This document shows positions 1-8,439 of a DNA stretch of 32,512 nucleotides, piece after piece. Origin of the DNA: Parvularculaceae bacterium. GTDB lineage: Bacteria; Pseudomonadota; Alphaproteobacteria; Caulobacterales; Parvularculaceae. How positions within the stretch are numbered: the first letter of the stretch is position 1; each line of letters begins with the position of its first letter. Both the position numbers and the translations under genes were made by a program. The notes under the pieces were generated by a model, which did not search any database, was not told the DNA's origin, and worked only from the letters and a program-made list of their open reading frames with translations. Location: contig JACADX010000113.1 in the NCBI GenBank assembly GCA_013389125.1, forward strand, positions 1 through 32,512, given 5' to 3'.

Positions 1-1
1 G

Positions 2-934
2 ACAAAGCGCGTCGAGGCGAGATTTTCGGAAGTATTCGAGCGCGATGTCGCGGTCTTCTTCGTCGCGACGGGCGGCGCGGCGAATTCGCTCGCGCTCGCG
101 CAGCTGACGCCGCCCTGGGGCTTGATCCTCTGCCATCAGGAAAGCCACATCCAGATGGATGAGTGCGGCGCGCCGGAGTTCTTCACCGGCGGCGCGAAAC
201 TTCTCCCGCTGCCGGGGTTCGCCGCCAAGCTGACGCCGGAAGCCGTCGAGGCGGCGCTTTCCGGATTTCCGGAGCGCCCGCCGCACGGCATGCCGGCGGC
301 GACGCTCTCGATCACGCAGGCGACCGAATGCTGCGCGGTTTATTCCGTGGACGAAGTGAAGGCGATCGGCGGCCTTGCGCAACGGCGGGGTCTCAAGGCG
401 CATATGGACGGCGCGCGGTTTGCGAACGCGATCGCCGCGCTCGGCTGCGCGCCCGCCGACATGACCTCGAAGGCGGGCGTCGACGCGCTTTCGTTCGGCG
501 CGACGAAGAACGGCTGCCTCGCGGCGGAAGCCGTCGTCTTTTTCAATCCGGACGACGCGAAGGATTTCATGTTCCGGAGGAAGCGCGCGGCGCAGCTTTT
601 CTCGAAGATGCGGTTCATCGCCGCCCAGTTCGAGGCCTATCTCGCGGACGGTCTTTGGCTTCGCATGGCGGCGCACGCGAACGCCATGGCGGCGCGGCTG
701 TCGGCGGGTCTTGCGGCCGCGGGCGCGCGGATCTGGTATCCGACAGAGGCCAACGAGGTGTTCGTTTCCTTCGCGCCGGACGTTGAACGACGGCTCGTTG
801 CGGCGGGCGCGGCGTTCTACCCCTGGGTGACGCCGGGCGATCCGGCGAAGGGAACGATGCGGCGGCTTATCTGCTCCTTCGCGACGCGCGAGGATGAAAT
901 TGATCGGTTTATCGACATCGCCGGCGGACGCTGA
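2..934 (+). CDS. ltaE: Low-specificity L-threonine aldolase (5' truncated by window edge)
   Basis: Frame is open from base 2 (TKRVEARFSEVFERDVAVFFVATGGAANSLALAQL...); motifs HMDGARFANA and SFGATKNG (PLP lysine). Confidence 0.9.
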   Translation, partial: TKRVEARFSEVFERDVAVFFVATGGAANSLALAQLTPPWGLILCHQESHIQMDECGAPEFFTGGAKLLPLPGFAAKLTPEAVEAALSGFPERPPHGMPAATLSITQATECCAVYSVDEVKAIGGLAQRRGLKAHMDGARFANAIAALGCAPADMTSKAGVDALSFGATKNGCLAAEAVVFFNPDDAKDFMFRRKRAAQLFSKMRFIAAQFEAYLADGLWLRMAAHANAMAARLSAGLAAAGARIWYPTEANEVFVSFAPDVERRLVAAGAAFYPWVTPGDPAKGTMRRLICSFATREDEIDRFIDIAGGR

Positions 935-955
935 CATCGCGCGAAGGGAGGGCGG

Positions 956-1741
956 ATGATTTCGTTTGACGAACTTGTCGCCCTTAAGCCGACAGGCCGC
1001 AATTCATGGTCGGCGCGCGCTCATCCGGGGTGCGAGGCGAACACCGGCATGTTCGGGGGCTGGACGGCCGCGGCGATGCTTAAGGCTGCGCTCTCCTGCG
1101 AAGACGCGGAAGGAACGCCGGCCGCGTTCACCGCGAACTTCGTCAGCCGGGTGGAGCCGGGCGCTGACATCGTCATCCGCGCGCAAAAGCTCGGCGGCGG
1201 CAGGTCGCTGAAGTCCTGGCGCGCCGAGATCATGAACGACGCCGGGGAGTTCAGCGCGACGGCATCAATCGTCACCGCGAACCGGCGCGACAGCGATCGG
1301 TTTCTCGAAGGCGTCATGCCTGCAGCGCCGGCGCCCGCCGCAATTCCGCTGGCGCATCCGCCCGGAAATTTCGGGACGACGATCGACATGCGGCCGGTCT
1401 CCGGATTTCCGCCTTTCAAATGCGCCGATACGCGCTCGCTCGCCTGGGTTCGCGTCGTTTCAAGCGGGGCGCTCGACTGGACGCGGCTCGTCTATCTCGC
1501 GGACGCGACGCCGCCGCGCGTGTTCTACATCAGTGACGGGCCCCGCCCGTCGTCGACGATCACGATGTCGGTCTATTTTTACGCGACAGAAGCCGAACTC
1601 GCCGCGGTCGGCGAAGACCATATTCTAAGCGAAGTCGCCGGCGTCCGCGCCGAAGGTTCGATCTCCGGTCTGACAATGCGCCTTTGGAGCCGGCATGGCG
1701 CGCTGCTCGCGACGAGCGAGCAGCTCTGCTGGTTCCGATAG
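956..1741 (+). CDS. Acyl-CoA thioesterase, TesB-like double hotdog family
   Basis: FGGWTAA motif, YLADATPPR, STITMSVYF, C-terminal RLWSRHGALLATSEQL; SD GGGAGG upstream. Confidence 0.8.
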   Translation: MISFDELVALKPTGRNSWSARAHPGCEANTGMFGGWTAAAMLKAALSCEDAEGTPAAFTANFVSRVEPGADIVIRAQKLGGGRSLKSWRAEIMNDAGEFSATASIVTANRRDSDRFLEGVMPAAPAPAAIPLAHPPGNFGTTIDMRPVSGFPPFKCADTRSLAWVRVVSSGALDWTRLVYLADATPPRVFYISDGPRPSSTITMSVYFYATEAELAAVGEDHILSEVAGVRAEGSISGLTMRLWSRHGALLATSEQLCWFR

Positions 1742-1815
1742 GCCGGCGCGCGACGCGGAGCGATGCGGTCGCCCCGGCGGCGGCTTCCGATCGAGCGCGT
1801 CGGAACTTTCGTCTT

Positions 1816-2592
1816 TCAATGTCCGGGCGACAGGTCGGTCTTGCGGCGCACGCGGATGTTCAAGAGCTCAACGAAGAGCGAAAAGGCGATCGCGAAGTAA
1901 AGATAGCCGCGCGGAATATGGAATCCCGCCCCGTCGGCGACGAGCGCCACGCCGACAAGCAGAATGAAAGCGAGCGCCAGCATCTTGGTCGTCGGATGAT
2001 CGTCAATGAAAGCGGCGAGCGGCGTCGCCGCATACGCCATGACGATGGTCGAAAGAATGACGGCCGCGAACATGACGGAGAGCATGTCAGTCATGCCGAC
2101 GGCGGTGATGACGCTGTCGAGCGAGAAGACGACGTTGATGACGATGAGCTGCAGAACGACCCCGCCGAAAGACGACTTCGCATTCGCTTTCTCATGGCCG
2201 ACGCCTTCGACGGCGGCGTGAATTTCCTGCGTTCCCTTCCACAGAAGGAAAAGGCCGCCGGCGAGCAGGATCAGATCTTTCACCGTGACGTCGGCGAAAG
2301 CGTGCTGCGCGTGCTCGTCGCCATGCGCGACAAACTGCGCCAGCGCGTCCGGGAGACGGAACAAGGGCTCCTTGTCGAGACCGATGATCCAGAAAATGCC
2401 GCCGAGCATGGCGATGCGGAGGAACATCGCGCCCCAGACGCCGATGCGGCGCGCGTTCGCGTGGGCCTTGCCTTTGAGATTGCCGACGGCGATCGAAACA
2501 AAGAGAAGGTTGTCGACGCCGAGAACGATTTCGAGAAAGGTCAAGGTGACGAGGCTGCCCCAGAACTCGGGCGAGGCGAAAAGGTCGGCCAT
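1816..2592 (-). CDS. TerC family integral membrane protein
   Basis: LEIVLGVDN, DLILLAGGLFLLWK, FSLDSVITAVG, HPTTKMLALAFILLVG, IPRGYLYFAIAFS; SD GAGGA. Confidence 0.92.
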   Translation of the reverse strand: MADLFASPEFWGSLVTLTFLEIVLGVDNLLFVSIAVGNLKGKAHANARRIGVWGAMFLRIAMLGGIFWIIGLDKEPLFRLPDALAQFVAHGDEHAQHAFADVTVKDLILLAGGLFLLWKGTQEIHAAVEGVGHEKANAKSSFGGVVLQLIVINVVFSLDSVITAVGMTDMLSVMFAAVILSTIVMAYAATPLAAFIDDHPTTKMLALAFILLVGVALVADGAGFHIPRGYLYFAIAFSLFVELLNIRVRRKTDLSPGH

Positions 2593-2605
2593 GGGCGGCT
2601 AATCC

Positions 2606-3634
2606 TCAGATCCAGCCCGCAGCCTCGCGGGCGACGAGGGCTTCTAGCAGATCAATCATTGAAGGCGAATCGTTGAGGCAAGGAATCGCCTTGAACTTCT
2701 CCCCTCCCGACTGGGCGAACGTCTCGGCGCCGCCGATCGCGATTTCCTCAAGCGTCTCAAGGCAGTCCGCGACAAAGCCTGGCGTCATGACCGCGATGCG
2801 CCTTACGCCACCTTCCGCGAGCCCGCGGATCGTCGCATCGGTCGCCGGACCGAGCCATTCTTCCCGGCCGAATCGCGACTGGAACGCGACGGGCGCGAAC
2901 TCGTCCGTCCATCCCATCGCGTCGCGCAAAAGCCGCGCGGTCTTGAGGCAATGACAATGATAGGGATCGCCTTCCCTCAAATGCCGCTTCGGCGTTCCGT
3001 GGAAGGAAAGAATGACGCGCTCCGGCGCCCAGTCGAGCGCGGAGAGGCTCGCCCCAGCCGTCGCCTTCAGCGCGGCGATGTATATAGGGTCGTCATGAAA
3101 CGGCGCCGCGACGCGCAGCGCCGGCTGCCAGGTCATGGATTTCAGCGCGTCAAACGCGGCGTCAGCAACGCTCGCCGACGTCGACCGCGAATATTGCGGA
3201 TACAAGGGAACGACAAGAATGCGGTCCGCCCCCGCCTCCTTCATCGCGAATAGGCGCTGCCGGATCGAGGGCGCGCCGTAGCGCATCGCGAAATCGACGC
3301 GGACCTTGTCCGCCATGCGTTCGCCGAGCGCATCCGCGACATTTCCCGTATAAAGCCGGAGCGGCGAACCCTCGCGCGTCCAGATCTTCGCATAGGCTTT
3401 CGCCGAACGCGCGGGACGAACGTTGAGGATCACGCCGTAGAGGAGCGGCGTCCATATCCAGCGCGGATAATCGACCACGCGCCGGTCCGACAGGAATTCC
3501 GCAAGATAGCGACGGACCGCAGTCGCGGTCGGCGCGTCTGGCGTTCCGAGATTGACGATAAGAACGCCGACCGTCGTCGGAGCGATCGCCGGATGACCGG
3601 GGGGAAGGCGCATGGCGGACGCCGTTGGGTTCAA
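2606..3634 (-). CDS. hemH: Ferrochelatase (start TTG 3634 or ATG 3613)
   Basis: NLGTPDAP, PLYPQYS, SFHG, FQSRFG-EEWL, PGFVADCLETLEEI. Confidence 0.96.
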   Translation of the reverse strand: MNPTASAMRLPPGHPAIAPTTVGVLIVNLGTPDAPTATAVRRYLAEFLSDRRVVDYPRWIWTPLLYGVILNVRPARSAKAYAKIWTREGSPLRLYTGNVADALGERMADKVRVDFAMRYGAPSIRQRLFAMKEAGADRILVVPLYPQYSRSTSASVADAAFDALKSMTWQPALRVAAPFHDDPIYIAALKATAGASLSALDWAPERVILSFHGTPKRHLREGDPYHCHCLKTARLLRDAMGWTDEFAPVAFQSRFGREEWLGPATDATIRGLAEGGVRRIAVMTPGFVADCLETLEEIAIGGAETFAQSGGEKFKAIPCLNDSPSMIDLLEALVAREAAGWI

Positions 3635-3704
3635 GACGACCTCTCAAGCTTGGCGCGCGACGCGAGCCCGGCCAGCCCCGTTCGCCGGGGTTCGCGACCC
3701 TCGA

Positions 3705-3826
3705 CTTGAGCTTCGCGCCATGATTCGGGATCGGGGCGCTTGCTCCAGTCATTGTTTGTCGCGGCGTTCGCCGCTTCGCGCCTCACTCGCGCTGAACCGC
3801 GCACACTTCACCGCACGCCGCTCTAG
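3705..3826. repeat. Degenerate RIME/CIR-like double-hairpin intergenic element (copy 1)
   Basis: Hairpin 1 GAGC..GCGCC/GGCGC..GCTC, T-rich linker CATTGTTTG, hairpin 2 GCGGCGT(3761)/ACGCCGC(3815) enclosing AACCGCGCACACTT, ending CTCTAG. Confidence 0.6.
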
Positions 3827-3912
3827 CCTTGCTCGACGTCCGGCATCAAGCGGGCCTTGAGAGCCGAGCGGGCGCCTATTGATTTCGGAATGGCGGTCGG
3901 CGGCGCGGCGGT

Positions 3913-5589
3913 TTAGCCGGCGAGCGTCCGGACAAGCTGCATGCCGACATAATAAAGGCCGCCTGAAAGCGTGATGACGACCGGCAGGGTGATCAGCCAG
4001 GCGCCGGCGAGCGTGCCGATTGTCTTCCATTGCAGGCCGGAGCCGTTCGCCGCCATCGTGCCGGCGACGGCGCTGTTCAAGACATGCGTCGTCGACACCG
4101 GCAGGCCGAACTGCTGCGCGCTGAGGATCGTCACCGCGGCGACCGTCTCCGCGGCGGCGCCCTGTCCGTAGGTCATATGCGCTTTTCCGATCCGCTCGCC
4201 GACAGTGACGACGATCCGGCGCCAGCCCACCATCGTGCCAAGACCCAGCGCAAAGGCGACGCCGAACTTCACCCAGTCCGGGATGTAACGCGTCGCCGAC
4301 TGCGCAGCGTCCCGCGCCTTCTCGTATGTCGCCCGTTCGCCAGCCGACATGTCTCCCGCTTTCGCCAGAAGCTTTGACGCTTCGCCGACGACATAAAGAT
4401 CGGACCGGAGCGCAGCGGTCTCATCGGCCGGTATGGCGGCGATCGTCCCGGCCGCGGCGATGCGTTGCGCCGCGTCCGCTGCGATTGCCGCAAGATTTGC
4501 TTCGAGCCCCCCGGCGGCGGCGTCCTTGGCGCGCAAAGCAGCGCCGACCGCCTCTCGCGCCGCGATCGGATCTTGCGCCGCATCGCCGGCGGCGCGTGTT
4601 GCAGCAAGATCCGCCGTCGCCTCAAGCGTTCTTACGATGGCGGCCGTCTCAGCCTCGGGCATCGCGCGATTGAGCGCGAACGCGGCCGGCGCCGCGCCGA
4701 TGAGGATGAGCATGATAAGGCCCATGCCCTTCTGGCCGTCATTGCCGCCATGCGCGAACGAAACGGCGGTGCAGGTCGTGACCAGCGTCGCGCGAATCCA
4801 CCAGGGCGGCGGCGCATCGCCTTCGGGCTCGCGATATAGCTTCGGGTTGCTGGCGACGGCTTTAAGCACGAGAAGCAGGATCGCCGCGGCGGTAAACCCG
4901 ATGAGCGGGCTGAAGAAGAGCGAATTCGCGACTTTCTCCGCCTGGCCCCAGTCGACTCCCGACGTCGCGTAGCCGACCGGCGCCATCAGCTGATTGGCGA
5001 CGCCGACGCCAAGGACGGAGCCGATCAGGCAGTGCGATGACGAGTTCGGAACGCCGAAGAACCAAGTGAACATATTCCAGAAAATCGCCGACACAAGCAG
5101 CGCGAAAATCATCGCGTAGCCCGCCGCCGTGCCGACCTGCAAAATCAGCTCAACCGGAAGGAGGCCGATGATCGAATAGGCGACAAGCCCCGCCGAGGCC
5201 GCGACGCCGAGAAAATTCCAGAGGCCCGACCAGACGACGGCGACAGTCGGCGGCAGGCTCTTCGTGTAAATCACCGTCGCGACCGCGTTCGCAGTGTCGT
5301 GAAACCCGTTTACGAATTCAAAGCCGAGCGCGAGGACCAGCGCCGTCGCCAGCGCGACATAGGCGGACGTCGAAAGGATCTGTCCGGAATCGGCGACATC
5401 GCCCGCGAGCGAACGCCAGATATAATAGGCGGCGCCGGCGACTGCCGCGATGAAGAGCCCGAGCCCAAAACGTCCCGGCCCCGCGTATTTCGGCGGAACA
5501 TAACGCCCGTCGACCTGATCGCGCTTCCCGCTGCCGCCGCGCGCGCCGACCGCGCCGCCGGACGCGATCCTTGGGTGCGACATCGCCAT
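3913..5589 (-). CDS. pit: Inorganic phosphate transporter, PiT family
   Basis: NGFHDTANAVAT, HGGNDGQK and PVSTTH signatures; many TM helices; start 5589 or 5583. Confidence 0.93.
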   Translation of the reverse strand: MAMSHPRIASGGAVGARGGSGKRDQVDGRYVPPKYAGPGRFGLGLFIAAVAGAAYYIWRSLAGDVADSGQILSTSAYVALATALVLALGFEFVNGFHDTANAVATVIYTKSLPPTVAVVWSGLWNFLGVAASAGLVAYSIIGLLPVELILQVGTAAGYAMIFALLVSAIFWNMFTWFFGVPNSSSHCLIGSVLGVGVANQLMAPVGYATSGVDWGQAEKVANSLFFSPLIGFTAAAILLLVLKAVASNPKLYREPEGDAPPPWWIRATLVTTCTAVSFAHGGNDGQKGMGLIMLILIGAAPAAFALNRAMPEAETAAIVRTLEATADLAATRAAGDAAQDPIAAREAVGAALRAKDAAAGGLEANLAAIAADAAQRIAAAGTIAAIPADETAALRSDLYVVGEASKLLAKAGDMSAGERATYEKARDAAQSATRYIPDWVKFGVAFALGLGTMVGWRRIVVTVGERIGKAHMTYGQGAAAETVAAVTILSAQQFGLPVSTTHVLNSAVAGTMAANGSGLQWKTIGTLAGAWLITLPVVITLSGGLYYVGMQLVRTLAG

Positions 5590-5654
5590 GGCGCGCTCGA
5601 CTTTCAGGACGCAGCGTCCGGGATGGCCTGCCGTCACCGGGGCGTTTAAAATCG

Positions 5655-5676
5655 TTAAATGACGCTTTTGTGAAAC
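5655..5676 (-). promoter_or_regulatory. Putative PHO box upstream of pit
   Basis: Minus strand GTTTCAC-AAAA-GCGTCAT-TTAA: two TCA(C/T) heptamers with an 11-bp period and A/T spacers. Confidence 0.5.
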
Positions 5677-5701
5677 CAGGCGGCGGGCCGGCCGGCTGCG
5701 C

Positions 5702-7372
5702 CTATTCCGCAGCGCGTCTCAAGGCAGGCTGAGGCGTTTCGCCGACTTGCCTTGCGGCAAGCCGCGCCTCGATCTCGCCGAGCCTCATATCGCGCGCCCT
5801 TCTTTCGGCCTCGGTCAGGCCGACGCCGTCCGCGGCGATGCGCGCCACCGCGACATAATCGAGCTTGCCGGTGCCGAGAACCGGAACCTCTGCCACGGAA
5901 ACTATTTTCTTCGGCACCGCAATTTCCGGAACGCCGTGGTTTTGCGCCCAAGCGAGGAGGAGCGTCCGATCGGGCGACTGCCGATCGGTGACCAGCACGA
6001 TCTGCTCGCCGCGCTTTTCGTCCGGCAAGATCGCGGCGGCGTGCATGTTGTCCGGCCAGACCGCCGTCGCGCAGTTCTCGACGACGGCGAGCGAGACCAT
6101 TTCCCCGCCGATCTTGGCGAAGCGCTTCATCCGTCCGCGTATCGACATGTAGCCGTTGTCGTCAAAGGCGACGATGTCGCCGGTGTCGTGCCAGCCGCCC
6201 TCGGGCGGCGTGACGATCCCGGGCGCGTCCAGCGAAATGTAGCCCTGCATGATGTTAGGGCCCTTGACGAAAAGCCGCTGGCCGCCGTGTAGCCCTTCGA
6301 CGGGTTCGAGCCGCGCGACGACGCCCGGCAGCAGCCTGCCGACGGTGCCCGGCCGAATGTCGCCCGGCTGGTTCGCCGCCAGGACGGGGCTTGCTTCCGT
6401 AACCCCGTAGCCTTCGAGCACTTCAAACCCGAACCGGCGCTCCGCCATCTGGCGTGTTTCGTCCTTGACGCGCTCGGCGCCGCAGACGGCGATCCGCAAG
6501 GAGGACATCTGCCCTTCGCCGGCCGCGCGCATATATTGCTGCAAGAAGGTGTCGGTCGCGAACAGGACGGTGGCGCCGGTCTCGAATATCCGTTGCGGAA
6601 TGATCTTCGTCTGCAGCGGCGAGGGATGGAGCACGACTTTGAAGCCGTTGAGAATAGGCCAGAGCGTTCCCGCCGTGAGACCGTAGCAATGGAAGGTCGG
6701 CAAGGGATTGAAGAAGACATCCGTCGGCAGAATTTCGACGTGCTCGGCAATCTGATAGATGTTCGACAGGATGTTCGCGTGACTGAGCGCGACGCCCTTC
6801 GGATCGCCCTCCGTCCCTGACGTGAACAGGATGATGCCGAGACTGTCCGGATCGGGGTTCGCCGAAAAGAGGCGCGGAAGCAGCGGACCGAGTACGGCGC
6901 GGGCCTTGTCGAACGGGGTCAGCGCCGCCTTCATGTCTTCAAGATAGAGAAACTCGAGAGCGCCCTTAAGCTCCGCGACGAGCCCGTCAAGTTTGGCGAT
7001 CTCAATGAATTTCCGCGCCGTGACGACCTTCTTGACCTCCGCCGCGCGCGCCGCCGCGCGAAGGTTTTTCGCTCCCGACGTGAAGTTGAACATCGCCGGC
7101 GTTCGCCCTTGCGCGAACGCCGCCATCAGCGCGATGACGGCGCCGGCGCCGGTCGGCATCATGATACCGATCTTTTCCCCCGCCGCGGTCGCGCGGGCGA
7201 GTGGGCCGGCGATTGCGAAGCTTGCCCGGATAATCTCCTTATAGGAGAGCGCGCGCCCGTCGCCGTCAATCAGCGCAACAGCGCTTGCGCCTTTCTTGTG
7301 CGCGGCTGCGAGCAGGGCGCGAAAAATCGATTTGCGCGCGCGCCGCTCGATGCGGCTGAGGGTCATGGTCAT
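5702..7372 (-). CDS. AMP-binding enzyme, acyl-ACP synthetase domain of Aas type (stand-alone)
   Basis: LFTSGTEGDPKGV, HPSPL, FATDTFL, EGYGVTE, TGD, RMKRFAKIGGEMVSL, GTGKLDY. Confidence 0.88.
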   Translation of the reverse strand: MTMTLSRIERRARKSIFRALLAAAHKKGASAVALIDGDGRALSYKEIIRASFAIAGPLARATAAGEKIGIMMPTGAGAVIALMAAFAQGRTPAMFNFTSGAKNLRAAARAAEVKKVVTARKFIEIAKLDGLVAELKGALEFLYLEDMKAALTPFDKARAVLGPLLPRLFSANPDPDSLGIILFTSGTEGDPKGVALSHANILSNIYQIAEHVEILPTDVFFNPLPTFHCYGLTAGTLWPILNGFKVVLHPSPLQTKIIPQRIFETGATVLFATDTFLQQYMRAAGEGQMSSLRIAVCGAERVKDETRQMAERRFGFEVLEGYGVTEASPVLAANQPGDIRPGTVGRLLPGVVARLEPVEGLHGGQRLFVKGPNIMQGYISLDAPGIVTPPEGGWHDTGDIVAFDDNGYMSIRGRMKRFAKIGGEMVSLAVVENCATAVWPDNMHAAAILPDEKRGEQIVLVTDRQSPDRTLLLAWAQNHGVPEIAVPKKIVSVAEVPVLGTGKLDYVAVARIAADGVGLTEAERRARDMRLGEIEARLAARQVGETPQPALRRAAE

Positions 7373-7449
7373 GATCGTCGCCCCTTAGGAAACGAGGCTC
7401 CCCTCAGCCCCCGGCCCAGCGCTCCCGAAGGCGCACGGCCTATTGCGCT

Positions 7450-7478
7450 ATGTTACAGGATGGAGAGTCGCCGGCCAA
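7450..7478 (-). promoter_or_regulatory. Putative sigma70 promoter (proximal) for the acyl-ACP synthetase
   Basis: Minus strand TTGGCC-N17-TAACAT. Confidence 0.45.
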
Positions 7479-7514
7479 GCGCAAGACGAGGCGCTGCTCC
7501 GCTCGCCTCACGTT

Positions 7515-7570
7515 AGTGAGCGCTCACTCATATAGAAGAAGCCAGACCGACTTGCAAGTGAGCGTTCACT
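7515..7570 (-). promoter_or_regulatory. Sigma70 promoter flanked by two palindromic operators
   Basis: AGTGAGCGCTCACT (7515-7528, perfect palindrome) and AGTGAGCGTTCACT (7557-7570); between them, minus strand CTTGCA-N17-CTATAT (7558-7530). Confidence 0.7.
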
Positions 7571-7711
7571 CCGCATGGGCGGTGTCACCCGGACCAGCGA
7601 GCCCCCGTGCCGACTTTCCACCGCATGACGATCGACCGAGCGGCCGATTCAGCCGGTTTTCAGAAACGCACGCGAGTGTTAGAGCCACACGCGCCATCGG
7701 AAAGTGCGGCC

Positions 7712-8326
7712 ATGACGAACTATCTCCACAGGGGCGATCTGCCGGCCGGCCTCACGCTCGGTTCGATCGTCGCCGTGGACAGCGAGACCATGGGTCTTAA
7801 CACCCATCGCGACCGGCTGTGCGTCGTCCAGGTCTCTTCCGGGGATGGCGACGCGCACGTCGTCCAGCTCGACCGCCGGACCTATGACGCCCCGAACCTG
7901 AAGCGCCTTCTGGCCGACCCGGCGGTCTTGAAGCTTTTCCATTTCGCGCGGTTCGACATCGCCGCGTTCCAGCATTGGCTGAACGTCGAAACGCGCCCAG
8001 TCTATTGCACCAAGATCGCGTCCCGCCTCACCCGCACGTTCACCGACCGCCACGGCCTTAAGGACCTCGCCAAGGACCTCCTCAACATCGACCTTTCAAA
8101 GCAGCAGCAGACCTCGGACTGGGGGGCGGAGACGCTGACCGAGGCGCAGGTCGATTATGCGGCGTCAGACGTACTTTATCTCCACGCCCTGAAGGAGAAA
8201 CTCGACCTCATGCTCGCCCGCGAGGGGCGGACGGCTCTCGCCGCGGCCTGTTTCAGCTTCCTGCCGGCGCGCGCCGCGCTCGACCTTGCCGGCTGGGCGG
8301 AGGTTGACATCCTCGCCCATTCGTGA
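7712..8326 (+). CDS. rnd: Ribonuclease D-like 3'-5' exonuclease (short alphaproteobacterial form)
   Basis: DEDDy motifs: VDSETMGL, FHFARFD, CTKIAS, SDW, YAASDV; start MTNYLHRGDLP. Confidence 0.92.
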   Translation: MTNYLHRGDLPAGLTLGSIVAVDSETMGLNTHRDRLCVVQVSSGDGDAHVVQLDRRTYDAPNLKRLLADPAVLKLFHFARFDIAAFQHWLNVETRPVYCTKIASRLTRTFTDRHGLKDLAKDLLNIDLSKQQQTSDWGAETLTEAQVDYAASDVLYLHALKEKLDLMLAREGRTALAAACFSFLPARAALDLAGWAEVDILAHS

Positions 8327-8439
8327 GGCGCACTCGATCGCGACGCTGCGAGTTCACCGCAGGCCTTGCATGAACTGCGCTTGGGGATGACTATATCGTT
8401 AGGATCGGAAGGATCGGGGGCCTTCGCCGCCTCGACGGA

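Noticed and set aside
3820-3850. Minus-strand TTGATG-N16-GCTAGAGC promoter for hemH
   Set aside because: The apparent -10 is the CTAG terminus of the repeat element, so it may be coincidental and has no independent support
5646-5658. TTAA-N5-TTAA resembling a CtrA box
   Set aside because: CtrA requires a 7-nt spacer; the region is better explained by the PHO-like repeat
7636-7690. CCGGTTTTC...TTAGAGC, possible fourth RIME/CIR-like copy
   Set aside because: No convincing paired arms; too degenerate to call
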